Source of the DNA: the human T2T-CHM13v2.0 reference genome, Homo sapiens
Assembly (NCBI RefSeq): GCF_009914755.1
Contig: NC_060925.1
Reading direction: 5' to 3' (one strand)
Length of the DNA stretch: 64,000 nucleotides
Each line of letters begins with the position of its first letter. Position 1 is the first letter of the stretch. The position numbers and the translations under genes were made by a program. Below are positions 1 to 11,139 of the stretch, in pieces. The notes beneath the pieces are model-generated. The model saw only the letters and a list, made by a program, of their open reading frames with translations, was not told where the DNA came from and did no database searches.

Positions 1-291
1 CATTATTAAGTAAAATAAGGGTGGCTTGAACACAAGCCCTGCCGTCTCGATACAGTGACCGTTGATCTGACAACCTAGCCAACTACCCAGTGACTATGGG
101 GTGAGTAGCCTATACAGTGTGAATATGCCTGAGGGAGGGTTCACCTCCCGGGTGGGACAGAGCTGCACAGCACAAGATGACATCATGCTACTGAGAGCGG
201 TATGCAATTTAAAACTTAAACACTGTTTATTGCTGGAATTTTCCATTTAATATTTTGGGACTGCAGTTAACTGCAGGTAGCTGAATCTGTG
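1..291 (-). mobile_element. MER44/Tigger7-type DNA transposon fragment (TcMar-Tigger), truncated by window start
   Basis: ...gctactgagagcggtatgcaatttaaaactta...ggaattttccatttaatattttggga... matches the reverse complement of the recalled MER44 terminus. Confidence 0.7.
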
Positions 292-1640
292 CTATAAGAC
301 ATTGAACCCTTGCCCCTCTTCAGCACTCAGAACCTTTGGAAATTACCCCAATTTTTCAGATGTCCCAGAATTAAAGGAACATCCCTCCTTGCCCTTGGTC
401 CTCCTCCCCACCTCCCAGCCGTCTCCGGATCTCTGTAAATGGTCTCTGCTGGATTAGAATCGTGGTCTTGAGGCATTTCTGGTTCTCTTGCTCTCCGCTG
501 CCCTGCACATGTGAAGAGCCCAAAGCCCAAACCATGGGGGCTGCGGGAGCCAGAGGCTGTTTCCCGACTATTTATGAGGTTTGAGGAACAGAGGCCCCTT
601 TCTGGTGGGGGTGGACTGAAAGGGGCTTCTCAGTGCCCTGCATGAGGCTGAGTTGCCCGCTGATGAGGCTCCTTTGATCATTCTCTCTGGACTTGGAAAT
701 GAAGCTTAACTTCAGCCACTGGGAAAAAATAAAATAGCAAGAAGCATAAAGCCCCTGTGTAAATTCCACCCCAGCCCTCCCAAAACGGCCAGTCAGTTTT
801 CACAGTAATTAGTCCAGAGGGTCTTAGTCAAAGACCCCTCCTTTAGCAACTGGCCACTTTTCACTTGTGAATAGATTTAATTTCCAGACTCTTGAGTGTT
901 TTCTCGGAATTGACCTTCCCATGAAAAATATGCTTTGGAGACGTGAAATAACCAACAGAGAGCCTTAAATGAATTGCACTTCATCAAGCGGAAATAAACA
1001 ATGCGCTTGAAATAGGCGCTACATGGGAAATGGAGGGCTGGGAGCTTCCCTGCGGACCAGGAGGGCGAGGTAAGGGACGCCACGCGGCTGAGCTTGTTCT
1101 TTCTACAGTGCCTTGGTTCACCAGGGAAATGTTACAAGCTAGATTATGTCTTCTGCTATGTGATGTGACATTTCCTGCTCTGTCCCTACCTTGGTTCTGT
1201 CTGAGTCATTCTCTTTCCCCCTGGGGAGTGATGGCTTTGCCTGGGAAGGGAGGTAGGGAGGGGCCCCACCCTCTGCCTCCTCCCTCCTGGGCCCCATCTG
1301 CTGAGGAATGAGCTCCAGAGGAGACATGGGGCAAAAGGGGGCCCAGGGATCCCAATTCCCCCTACCCAAACAAAATGTGTCAGGGTAGAGATAGATCACC
1401 AGAGACGAGAGAACTGAGAGGAAGCCCCTGCCCACCCATTCCTCGCACAAGGGGTCTGAGGAGGGGGCTCTGTTTCTCTAGATGCTCAGTTGCCAAGTGT
1501 TTGCCAAGGGCCAGCCTGTGCCCAGCTCTGAGCCAGGGCTGCAGATTTATGAAGAGCCAGAGCTCAGGAGACAAGGTTGGGGCACCCACAGCATCTGCTG
1601 CAATCTCTAGGAACATGGTTATGGACGGAGCATAACCATG

Positions 1641-1899
1641 GGCAGTGGGGGAGCCTCCACCCTTCAGCACCTCCTGCCTGGTGGCCAAGCCCCTCCTAGG
1701 TCTATAGCACACCCCACCATCTCCGCCTCTGAGCCCCAGGGCTGTTATTTCCTTAATGTGCCTGCTTTAATTATTATCTTCAAGGAGAGACTCAATCCGG
1801 AGATAAACACAAAAGACCTGCTGCTGACAGTGGAAGGCTCCTGCCTCCCTGGATGCAAACGGAGGGCCCGCTGCAGCCCAAGCATAACTTGGGCCTTAG
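1641..1899 (+). repeat. Inverted duplication arm A (non-TE, motif-rich)
   Basis: Reverse complement of 4721-4986; 1756-1820 matches rc(4799-4863) at 63/65 nt. Confidence 0.9.
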
Positions 1900-2554
1900 A
1901 ACCAGCAAACTCAGCTAAGTGCTGATACAGTGCAGTCCCGTGGAGACAAAAGTGTCCTCACACTGCTGCCAGGCCCTGCGTGTAGCTCTGGCACCCCCAT
2001 GGCTGGGGAGTGGGCTGGGCTGGGCTTGGCTTTGCACTGTCCTGCCCATTGGCCCTCTGCTCTCTGCTCAGCTTTCCAGGCTCGGCTGCTGCTGTTGGTG
2101 GAATTGGGCATTTTATGTGCTTTGATAAGGCATCCCGGGCAGAGCTCTGGGAGGCTTGGCCTGGCTGTTCCTGCCTCTCTGGGGGAGCTCTGAGGAGGAG
2201 CTGGCTTTGAAGCAGCATGAGAAGCCTGCTAGTAAGATTTAACAGGCACGACCAGAATCCCAATACCACATCCCAGCAGGCACTAAGCAGGCCACAGATG
2301 TGTCACGGGCCCAGGTCAGCCACAATCTCAAGGGCTGTCATAAACTAAAGGCGCAGGGCTTGCTCAGCTGTGGAGGCCTGGGGTTGGGTTCCAAGAAAAT
2401 ACAGAGGCTTTGGAAATAACAGCCACTCTCACAGTCTGGACATGAGGGAACAGAGCAGGCTGGGCCCTGACAGGGTTTCCTGAACCCAAAGGAGAGCAGG
2501 CCATGGCCAGGGTCCAAGCTCTGTCACCTAAGAGCTCAGCTCTGCAACCACTGA

Positions 2555-2720
2555 GACCTGGCTTGCAATCCCAGCTCTTCCACCTCCTACCTGAAGGATC
2601 TTGGGAAAATGACCTGGCCTCTCTGAGACCCAGTTTCCGCAGCTGTATGATGGCTTCTGGGTACCTCCTATTTCAAGTTTATTTTCTCCATGTGAGGGCA
2701 GAGGTGAGGAAGCTCATGCC
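2555..2720 (+). mobile_element. MIR remnant
   Basis: aatcccagctcttccac...cttgggaaaatgacctggcctctctgagacccagtttcc MIR core. Confidence 0.5.
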
Positions 2721-3622
2721 CTCATGGCATGGACTCTGGCTTCCCACGGGCATGGAGGACCCCCAAGCCCTGGACTGGGTGTCAGGAGGCCTTGGCTGGG
2801 GCACCTGCCCTGCCTGTGTCTGCTGTGTGGCACTAGACCTGAGGCACGGAACCCCTTGCCTGCTGCCCCCACAGACTTTTGAAGGGAAAAGGCCTGGCTC
2901 AGGGACGGAGGAGAATCGTGGCATCCTGGAGCTGGGGGAGACTTGAGGGCAATCCAGGCCCACCCACATCTCACAGGAGAGGAATCATCCAACACTCTCC
3001 CATCCTTAGGTGGTCCCCAGTCCCAGGGGTAACTAAGGGGCTGGGCAGGTTGGTCCAACCTGGTTCCCCCTGGCCGTTGAGACCCTCTGCTCCCTGCAAC
3101 TGCTGCGACTCATCCTCTTCGCCTGCAGAGGCAGCTGGTGCTCTGTGAGGAAGACATTTTCTGGTACCAGAAAACTGTGGGAAAAAGCAGGAATCCTCCA
3201 GGGATGTTCCCCACATTGAATTATGCATGAAACAACCCAGCTTCCAGGTTTGCTGAGCTCACCCACCTTACTGCCCTGACCCTCTCCAGTCTCCACCACA
3301 ATGAGATGACTTTTCCAATCAGCTTCGGCCCCTCTTGGGGTCACCTGAGTCAGATTGGCTGCTGCAGACATGGAAAGGGCCCTGCCAGGCTCCCCTGGCT
3401 GAACCGAGTGTTTCATGATCCTGGAGCACCAGAGGTAGTGGATGAGCCTTTGTCAACAGCTCACAGGGAATCTGGACAAGCAGGGTCCACCGGGAGAGAT
3501 CCGAGCCCTGCTCGCTATCTTGGCCAGCAAGGCGAGGGCACAGCAGCAAGAAGGCAGGTGAACAGAACATTTATGCTCATCTTATGCTGGGTGCTGGCAA
3601 CTGAGCAGCAAAAAGGCCATGT

Positions 3623-4233
3623 TGTAAACCAAAAAAAGCAACTGAGGCGCATCTCAATTTACATGTGTATTTTGCCAAGGTTGAGGGTGTGCTGGGGAAA
3701 ATGAGACTCAAGCCACAGTAGGATCTGTGGTCTGAACTTTTTCCAAAGGGGATTTTAAGGGCTTCGATATTTAAGGGGAAAAAGCAAGCAGGAGGAGAAA
3801 GGAGGAAAGAACGAAAAAGAGGGACAGTGTGGTCACGTTCTTGCAGGGCCCTGATGAGCACTCACCGAATCCACACATTGCATGTGAAAAGGACAGGGTA
3901 GAGGAACAGTCCATTACGTATTTGTCTCTTGCTCAGAAAATCTGCACTTTCTATAAAATAAACATAGAATGGAGAAAGAAATCAAATATGTGTTCGTCTT
4001 GGGGTGGGTGGTGGCATGATTCCTAGTCTCCTCTTGGCTCACACCCATGAAAATAAGCTGTTATCATCATCAGGGAGAGGAAGGCCACCCGGGGAGACAA
4101 GTGGACTTCTATCTTGTAGCTATCTGTTTAGGAACACAGGAAACAGCCGTTTTTGCGTGACTCAGCTTCCAAGTTTAGCTTTTCCCTTTGGCATAGTGAG
4201 TTTGGGGTTCCGAGATTCTATTTTCCTTTCACA
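3623..4233 (-). mobile_element. MER4-group ERV1 solo LTR
   Basis: Termini tgtaaacc...ttcctttcaca (rc TGTGAAAGGAAAA MER4 start); 4-bp TSD ATGT/GTGT. Confidence 0.85.
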
Positions 4234-4311
4234 GTGTCCTTGTCTGGCTTCCAAAGAATTGAACTTAGTTCTCTGGTATTTTGAGGGGAAACATGAGTTC
4301 TAAAAGTATTA

Positions 4312-4420
4312 TTTCTTATTTATAGGTGAGGAAACTGGGATTCACAGAGGTTGGGTAACCTGACTTAAGCCTGACATCTAGTAAGTGGCAGAGTGGGATG
4401 CAGAGCAAAGTGGGCTGTCT
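4312..4420 (-). mobile_element. MIR remnant
   Basis: ataggtgaggaaactggg...agtaagtggcagag. Confidence 0.6.
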
Positions 4421-4441
4421 CCCGAGCTTATGCACCTCCCA

Positions 4442-4694
4442 CTGTGAGATGCTGCCCAGGTCCCTGCACCTGCAGGATTAGGGAGATGTGCCTGTGAGGC
4501 ACTGCCCAGGCCCCAGCACCTGCAAGACAGGGAGATGTACCTGTGAGACCCTGCCCAGGCCCCAGGACCTGCGCGATAGTGAGATGTACCTGTGAGGCAC
4601 TGCCCGGGTCCCAGGACCTGCGTGATAGTGAGATGTACCTGGGAGGCACTGCCCGGGTCCCAGGACCTGCGGGACAGGGAGATGCACCCTGTGT
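4442..4694. repeat. Minisatellite, 49-bp unit x ~5
   Basis: Unit ctgtgaggcactgcccaggccccagcacctgcaagacagggagatgtac starts at 4442, 4492, 4541, 4590, 4639. Confidence 0.95.
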
Positions 4695-4720
4695 GGGGAG
4701 CTGTTCGGCCCTGATGTAGG

Positions 4721-4986
4721 CTAAGGCATGTTATTGCAGAGGCTGCAGCAGCCCCTCCATTTACAACCGGGGAGGCAGGGGCCTTCCATTATCAGCAACA
4801 GGTCTTTTGTGTTTATCTCCTGATTGAGCCTCTCCTTGAAGATAATAATTAAAGCAGGCACATAAATGGGTTAAGGGGGTAACAGCCCTGGGGCTCAGAG
4901 CGGGAGAAGGCAGGGTATGGTGTAAACCTAGGATGAGCTTGGCCACCAGGCAGGAGATGCTGAGGGATGGAGGTTCCCCCACTGCC
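4721..4986 (-). repeat. Inverted duplication arm B (non-TE, motif-rich)
   Basis: Reverse complement aligns colinearly with 1641-1899. Confidence 0.9.
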
Positions 4987-5104
4987 TAGGGCACTGCTTA
5001 TGGGGAGGAGAGACCCCCAGTCTCATCCCTCAACTTTCCCTGGGGAGGATAGGAGGGGAGCAGGGGAGGGAGTCCTGGACGAGGAGTCAGGCCTACAGGG
5101 CTTC

Positions 5105-5245
5105 CCATCCTGGCCTCACCACTTCCCTGCTCTGTGACTTTGGACAAGTCACCTCTCCTCTCTGGGCTCTTTCCTCATCTGTAGGTGGGGATAGGGCTTT
5201 CATCAGCCCCTCCCTCTCAGGGTGGTTATGGGGATGAGCCCTACA
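5105..5245 (+). mobile_element. MIR remnant
   Basis: tgtgactttggacaagtcacctctcctctctggg...ttcctcatctgta. Confidence 0.6.
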
Positions 5246-6106
5246 GGCTGAACAAATGGACACTGGGAGGGGAGGGGCAGTGAGTGCAGTGGTCAGGGGC
5301 AGAGAGCTGGAGGCCATCACAGATCTGGGACTTAGAGCCAAACTGTGAGTTCATGCAAATTCTTCAATTTGGGCACAGTATTCTCACCACTGAGATCTTC
5401 ATCCAAAGCTTTTAGCCTCCATAAATCATTTTTAATAACATACCACCTTGTAATTACTGCAGAGCCTCAAGAGAATAAGATGCACTTCAGACATCATGAA
5501 CTAATTATTGTCAGGCAAGTCAGTCACAATCTGGGAGCAGGGCTGCATTTCATTCGGAGTCTTTGATTGCTCCTGGGCACTACCCTGGGGCTCTGGGTGA
5601 CATTTACTCAGCAGAGCTCAGAGCTTATTACAGGTGTGTGTGTGAACAATGGCCAGGAAGGATTTATAGATGGGGAGGAGATTGCAGCTGGGGTTGTACC
5701 TGGAGGTTACACATCTCTGCAGACAAGGGCAGTGGGAGGGAGGGGACCTATGGCATCCCTTTGCTCTTTCCACAGGGGCCCGTAGGGTTCCTTAGGGTCA
5801 TGTGGGTGACCTTGAGGTGGTGACTTAACCTTTCAGATCCTCAGTTCCTCTACCTGAAGAGGTAAGAAGAGGAAATAATAGCCCCAGGGCTCTTGGAGAA
5901 GAAGCAGCAGAGGGGTGTGGGCATGTGTAGACCTAGAAGGAAGGGCTTGGCTAACAAACCAATAAACTCTTCCTGACAGGGTAGTTGTGAGGGTCACAGG
6001 GTCAGGGTGATGGGAAGCTGTCAGCATGATGCCTGGTAGCAGGTGCTCAAATCTGTCAGTGCTGTTGACTTGAGTTGGGTTATTGAACTGGGGTGGGGCG
6101 TGATGT

Positions 6107-6817
6107 TGATGCAGGATTTTTCTTGGTCACTTTGCCAGCTGGGGACCTCTGGCTGGTGACGCCCTTACTTGGGTCTTGCTTGGGCACACTACCTACTGCA
6201 GGAGGTGGTCCACCCATTTGGCCTGCCCTGGCCACACCTGGTTTGTGCATCAGCTCTGCCCACAGCTGGGCTGGGTGTGCCCCAGCCTGCCTGTGTTACA
6301 GCTCCTACCCACATTCAGTGGTTCCCAGATTCTTGTCCCCTGTCTAAGAAGAATGAGGATACACTGACAGTTGAAGGGTGAGGGGTGGAGAATAATTTTA
6401 TTGAGTGACAGAACAGCTCTCAGGAGAGACAGGATGTGGGAGTGGTTCCCCACCTGAAGTTGGGTGGCTTCTTTCCCAGTGTGGCTGAGTCTGGGGCTTT
6501 TATGGACTCAGAATAGGGGAGTACATGCTGATTGCTTTGTGAGTACGCAAAAAAGGTTAAAACAAAAGCACTACTCAAAGGTGGGCATGACAGTGTAAAA
6601 AAACAATTAGGAAAGGACAGGTATATGTAAAATAGATGAAGGGTGGGGACCAATAAGAGGAAAGCATGCCAAATGGGAAGACAGGTTCTCAATCCAGTCT
6701 GTGGATTTGACTTGCAGGTTGGCTTTCAGGCTTTAAATTGTCTTTGGCTTGGGGTGAGGTTTCATCAGGGACCTGCCCCTATCTGCCTAGGCATTTGACT
6801 GCCTCCTGCCACTATCA
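6107..6817 (-). mobile_element. ERV1 solo LTR (LTR9/MER61-like)
   Basis: rc starts TGATAGTGGCAGGAGGCAGTCAAATGCCTAGGCAGATAGGGGC, ends ...CCTGCATCA; AATAAA on minus; TSD ATGT/GTGT. Confidence 0.8.
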
Positions 6818-7089
6818 GTGTGGCACCCCATGAGGGCTGCAATGGGGCAGTGGCAGAGGGATGGGTGGAGGTCAGGGTGCAGGTGAGGAACGACACATTG
6901 GAGAAAGAAGTGGAGGTTGGGATGGGTGGGTGCCTGGGAGTGTTTGGTGTGCCATGGACATTTCACAGCAGGATGTGAGATCTCTGCTTAGGGTCAACTC
7001 TTGCAAGAATCATGGAGGACACAAGGAGAAAGGGGTGGGGAGGAAACAGCTCATCTTTGGGGAAGAACATGCAGAATAGAAAAAGCAAC

Positions 7090-7270
7090 TAGAATCAGAG
7101 TCAGGAGATGTGGGTTCTGGACCAGCCTCTATTGCTAAATTACTGTGTGACCTGGGGCAAGTCACTCACCCTCTCTGCAGTTGGTCTGCATATCTGAGAA
7201 TGAGAAGATTTAACTACAGGATCTTTAAGACTCCTCTCAGCTCAGACCTTAACTCTATGATTCTGTATGA
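7090..7270 (+). mobile_element. MIR (MIR3/MIRc-like)
   Basis: gagtcaggagatgtgggttct...tgtgtgacctggggcaagtcact...ctatgattctgtatga. Confidence 0.7.
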
Positions 7271-7544
7271 TGCTTTCCTCACCCCCCTGCTAAAACCAGC
7301 CTCCTGACAGAGGAAGGCAAGTCATCAGTCACAGTGCTGGCTCAGCAGCTCCCCAGGTTACTGTGTGGTCTGTAACAGGGCTGCTTGGGTCATGTGAGTC
7401 TGGGGCTAATGTGCCCTTGTCTATGGAAATGACTTAATTGCTTGATCTTCCTTACAGGAGGAAGAAAAAGGGGACATGGGGCAGTGGGAGATGAACTTGA
7501 TTTACATTCCTGGAGGAAAAGAGGAACAGGGCAGCCATCAGGCA

Positions 7545-8345
7545 TTTTTATTGCCACGGGGCTTATTGATTTGTACTACTGAATAGCTCAGGAATGGGGT
7601 GGCTTTCAGGTGTAGCCTGACTCAGGTACTCAAATGATGCCATCAGGAGATGCTTCTTCCTTCTCTATATTTTGGCACCACTCCTCTATGCAAAGCCAGT
7701 CTTGGGCACCTTCTTCCTGGTTTTCAGATGGTTTCTAGCCCAACTTGAGTCCCACAGGGAACAGAGAGCCTCCCTGCCTCCTGACAAAGACTCTATCCTT
7801 GACAAGATTTTAGTCAATCTCCTCTGAGCCCTCTTCTCCACTAGGCCTCCACTTTGGCTTGTGTTTAGCAACAACCCCCGTACCCTTGATATCTAATCAA
7901 GTTCCTCTTAGTAATTTTGCACCCATTCCCTCACTCTGTCCATTGGCTATAAATCCCCAGCTGCCTTTGCTGTATTTGGAGTTGAGTTTAGTCTCTCTCC
8001 CCTAATGCAACAGCCTTGAATAAAAAGTCTTCCTTGTCATTTTTAACAAGTGTCAGAAGAATTTTTCTTTAACACCCATTTACTAATTAAAATTCCTGGG
8101 CCCAGCTCCCATTGGTTCCAAAGGCCATAGGCCCATCCCTGCACCAACTACAAAGGCCAAAGGCATGGAATGTACTCATTAGTTTAATTCAATCAGGGCC
8201 CAATACTGGAGCTGGTGGGGTTAACCCCACTCAAGTCATATGGGCTGAGAATAAAGGTTGGAAGTTTCACAAAGAAAATTCTGGATACTACTTTACAAGC
8301 AAAAGAGTACAAGGCAGTGGGTAGCAAAAGCCCACAGATGTCTTC
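7545..8345 (-). mobile_element. Old MaLR LTR (MLT1J/K-like), interrupted by an ERV1 LTR
   Basis: ggctttcagg...caggtactcaaatgatgccatcagg; cattggttcc...gcccatccctgcaccaac. Confidence 0.55.
7782..8074 (+). mobile_element. ERV1 solo LTR (MER31/MER67-like)
   Basis: TGACAAAGACTCT start, TATAAA and AATAAA, ends ttctttAACA. Confidence 0.7.
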
Positions 8346-8546
8346 TGCTGAGTAGGGGTGGGGAGGGAGGCGGCAAGAAAAACAAACACATTATCAGAAA
8401 CCAAAGACAGGAGGGAAAAACACCTGATTAGTATTCATAGCAGATCTCATTTTATTCTCCACAAAAACTAATCACTTTTAGTTATTCTTATCCTAAGTCT
8501 AGAATCCTAAAGGTTTAGAGCTGGAAGTACCTTCAAAATTCCTTGG

Positions 8547-9575
8547 TCTAGCACCCAGATCTTGGTTTCTAATACTATTCTCCAATAAAAGGAATCCTAG
8601 ATTCTTAGGGAAATGGCAGATTCTATGTCTGGGAAAGAGGAGATAAAAGATGAGCCTGGAGCGTCTTGTAACGGTGCCAGAAAGTAAAGAAGTGCTCAAA
8701 AAACAAAATGATGGGGGCCACAGCAAAGGGTCAGAGGAATCCGAGAGAGCTCCCAAAGATGGGACAATTTCCCAAAGATGGAACATAAATAATGCAGTAG
8801 TGGATTAAAATATAAAGTATAAAATAAATATCCATGAATCCATACTGACATAAATAAATAATTGAATAAATAAATAAATGTGAGAAAAAGGACAAATCTT
8901 CCTTATAGAAGGCTTTCAAATAATTTATACTGCCCCCTCTAGGGGGTGGAGGTTAATTCTCTAACCTTTTGTGTGTGGGCCTTACTTAATGATTCGCTTG
9001 CAAATAATAAAGTGTGGGAAGGGAAGGGGTGGGGCACCCTATAGTGGAGAAATTCTGCAAACCTTAACCAAGTGATGGAGTTTCACATCGCCAATGATAA
9101 GTCGTGGATAGCATGCTCACCTGATACGATGTAATAAGAAAGGCACTTCATCTCTGTTGGATTCTTCCCTCAAACCCAGAACCCCAGTCTAATCATAAAG
9201 AAAACATCAGGCAACCCCAAATTAAGGAGATTTCTGCAAAATACCTTATCAGTAATCTTCAAGACTGCCAAGGTCATGAAAAGCAAGGCAAGACAGTCAC
9301 AGTTAAGGGGGAGGTAAGGACATAAGACGACTAAATGTAATGCGGTATCCTGTTGGGAGTTGGGAACAGAAAAGAGATATATAAGGGGAAAAACTAGTAA
9401 AAATACAATAAAGTCAGGGGTTTAGTTAATAGATATCTTCGTTTTAACAAATGAGCCTTAGTTAACTAAGAGGTAAACATTAAGGAGAGCTGGAAAAGGA
9501 ATACAAGGGACTTCTCTGTACCTTTCTTGTAAATTTCCCATAAATCTACACTCTCCTAAAATTAAAAAAAAAAAT
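8547..9575 (+). mobile_element. L1MC4-like 3' end
   Basis: ctagcacccagatcttggtttctaatactattctccaataaaaggaa... diagnostic L1MC 3'UTR; ends in A-rich tail at ~9563-9575. Confidence 0.75.
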
Positions 9576-9699
9576 TATGTAAAAAACTCTTGGTTCGATA
9601 CCCTCATTTAACATATGAACAAAGAGAAACCCAGAGAGGTTGCCTGATTGCAGAAAGGTCTCATGGTGCATCAGTGGAAGACCCAGGAATGACACTCAG

Positions 9700-10240
9700 C
9701 CCAGAATGATGGAAACCTGACCAACAGAGGCCTAATTAAATTAGGGGTTTATTTTTTTCACCTAAAGGGGCATCTGGTAGTGGCCGCTCCTGAAGGTCCA
9801 GCAGCTCCAAGATGCCATCTTGGACGAGGGCCAGCCTCCTCCCCTATTTCTTCTTGGTGGCCTCAGCATGTGTGGATGCATTGCAGTCACAGCGTGGTGG
9901 CTGCCCCTCCCCACTGGGCCTCGAGTCCACTGCCAGGACTGGCAGCCATGGGTCCACAACCAAGTCCAGCAGGTTCCCATCTCTTCCGGGGAGCTTTCCC
10001 AGAATGCCCCGTGGCAACCTCCACTCCCCTCTCATTGGTTGGAGGTGTGTCACATGACTGCCTAAAGTAGGGGTGGAGAAATGTAGTGTTTTCCCATTTC
10101 ATTGGCCAGAGCTGTGTCACATGACTGCTGCAGCCAGGCGGGAAATGTAATGTTTTTAAGCAGAGGAAATTGTTCCCAATGAAACAGGGGTTCTGCTGGA
10201 AAAAAAGTAAAAGAAGGTTAATGTGAGTGCCACAGTCTCT
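9700..10240 (-). mobile_element. Old MaLR LTR (MLT1K/L-like) with internal ~67-bp tandem duplication (10030-10160)
   Basis: aaacctgaccaacagaggcctaattaaattaggggtttattttt; cattggccagagctgtgtcacatgac repeated twice. Confidence 0.6.
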
Positions 10241-10609
10241 GTCCTGATACTTGACATCTCATTTTCATGCTTGCTACCTCATTGGATCCACTCACAGTCT
10301 TGTTGGCTGTCCTGAGCAGGCAGTGAGAGGTTGAGTGCATGGCAGGGGCCCCACAGTGAAGTACTAGCTGAGCTAGTACTCTGGGGCTAGCCCCAGAGCA
10401 CCCAATTGGTCTCCAAAATCTGTGCTGTTGCCTTCTTTGTCTGCCTCTCTCTTCTATTTTAATTCTCTGCCTTTCTGGCTTCTCTGACCAGACCAGGTCA
10501 GCACATTCCTGCAGCCTGGAGAGGAGGGGCAGTGGTTTATCACTTATATTGCTGACACCACTTTCAAGTTGAATTTCACTTTAAACAAACCTGCTGTTGA
10601 AAGTGTCAC

Positions 10610-11075
10610 ATTCCTACATTGCTAGTGGGGAGGTTTTGAAGTAGTCTTTTTGGAGGACGCTTGAGCAGCATCAATCACAATTCAAAATGCACCTATCTTT
10701 TAACCCAGCAATTTTATTCTAAACGTTGGTGATTCTGAAAAGCTTAAGGATATGCATTTATGCAAGGAGGTTCTCTACAGCGTTATTTGTAATAGCAAAA
10801 AGCAAAAAGAACATATCGGAGACTATCTAAATGTCCAACAGGAGATTCGTTAAATAAATAATGAAGCATCCATACTATTGAATACTAAACAGACATTAAA
10901 AAGATCGAATGTGTTCTCTATGCACTAACATGAGAGGATCTCCATGACATTTTTGAATAGAGAAAACGTTGCTGAAAAATATGAACAGCACGATGCGCAA
11001 AATTTCTATTCATTTTGGTTTGTGCACAAATAAATATCTGGAAGGATGTGCACCTTGTTAGGATACCCTTGGGAA
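10610..11075 (+). mobile_element. L1ME 3' fragment
   Basis: cttttaacccagcaatt...ttatttgtaatagcaaaa...ctaaatgtccaaca...catccatactattgaatac. Confidence 0.65.
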
Positions 11076-11139
11076 AATCTATCATAGGTCTGAGACTCAT
11101 TCATCTTTATCTGAGGCCATTTGTGTGTAAGATCCCATC

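Noticed and set aside
4442-4694. Regular repeats as a CRISPR-like array
   Set aside because: Head-to-tail units without unique spacers in primate DNA; ordinary minisatellite (same for 38381-38591).
3619-6821. Two neighbouring LTRs share the same imperfect TSD ATGT/GTGT
   Set aside because: 4-bp match is easily coincidental; one case is explained by CpG decay.
9745-9990. GC-rich segment with minus-strand AATAAA resembling a small processed pseudogene
   Set aside because: Better explained as part of an MLT1K/L LTR; no protein match recognised.
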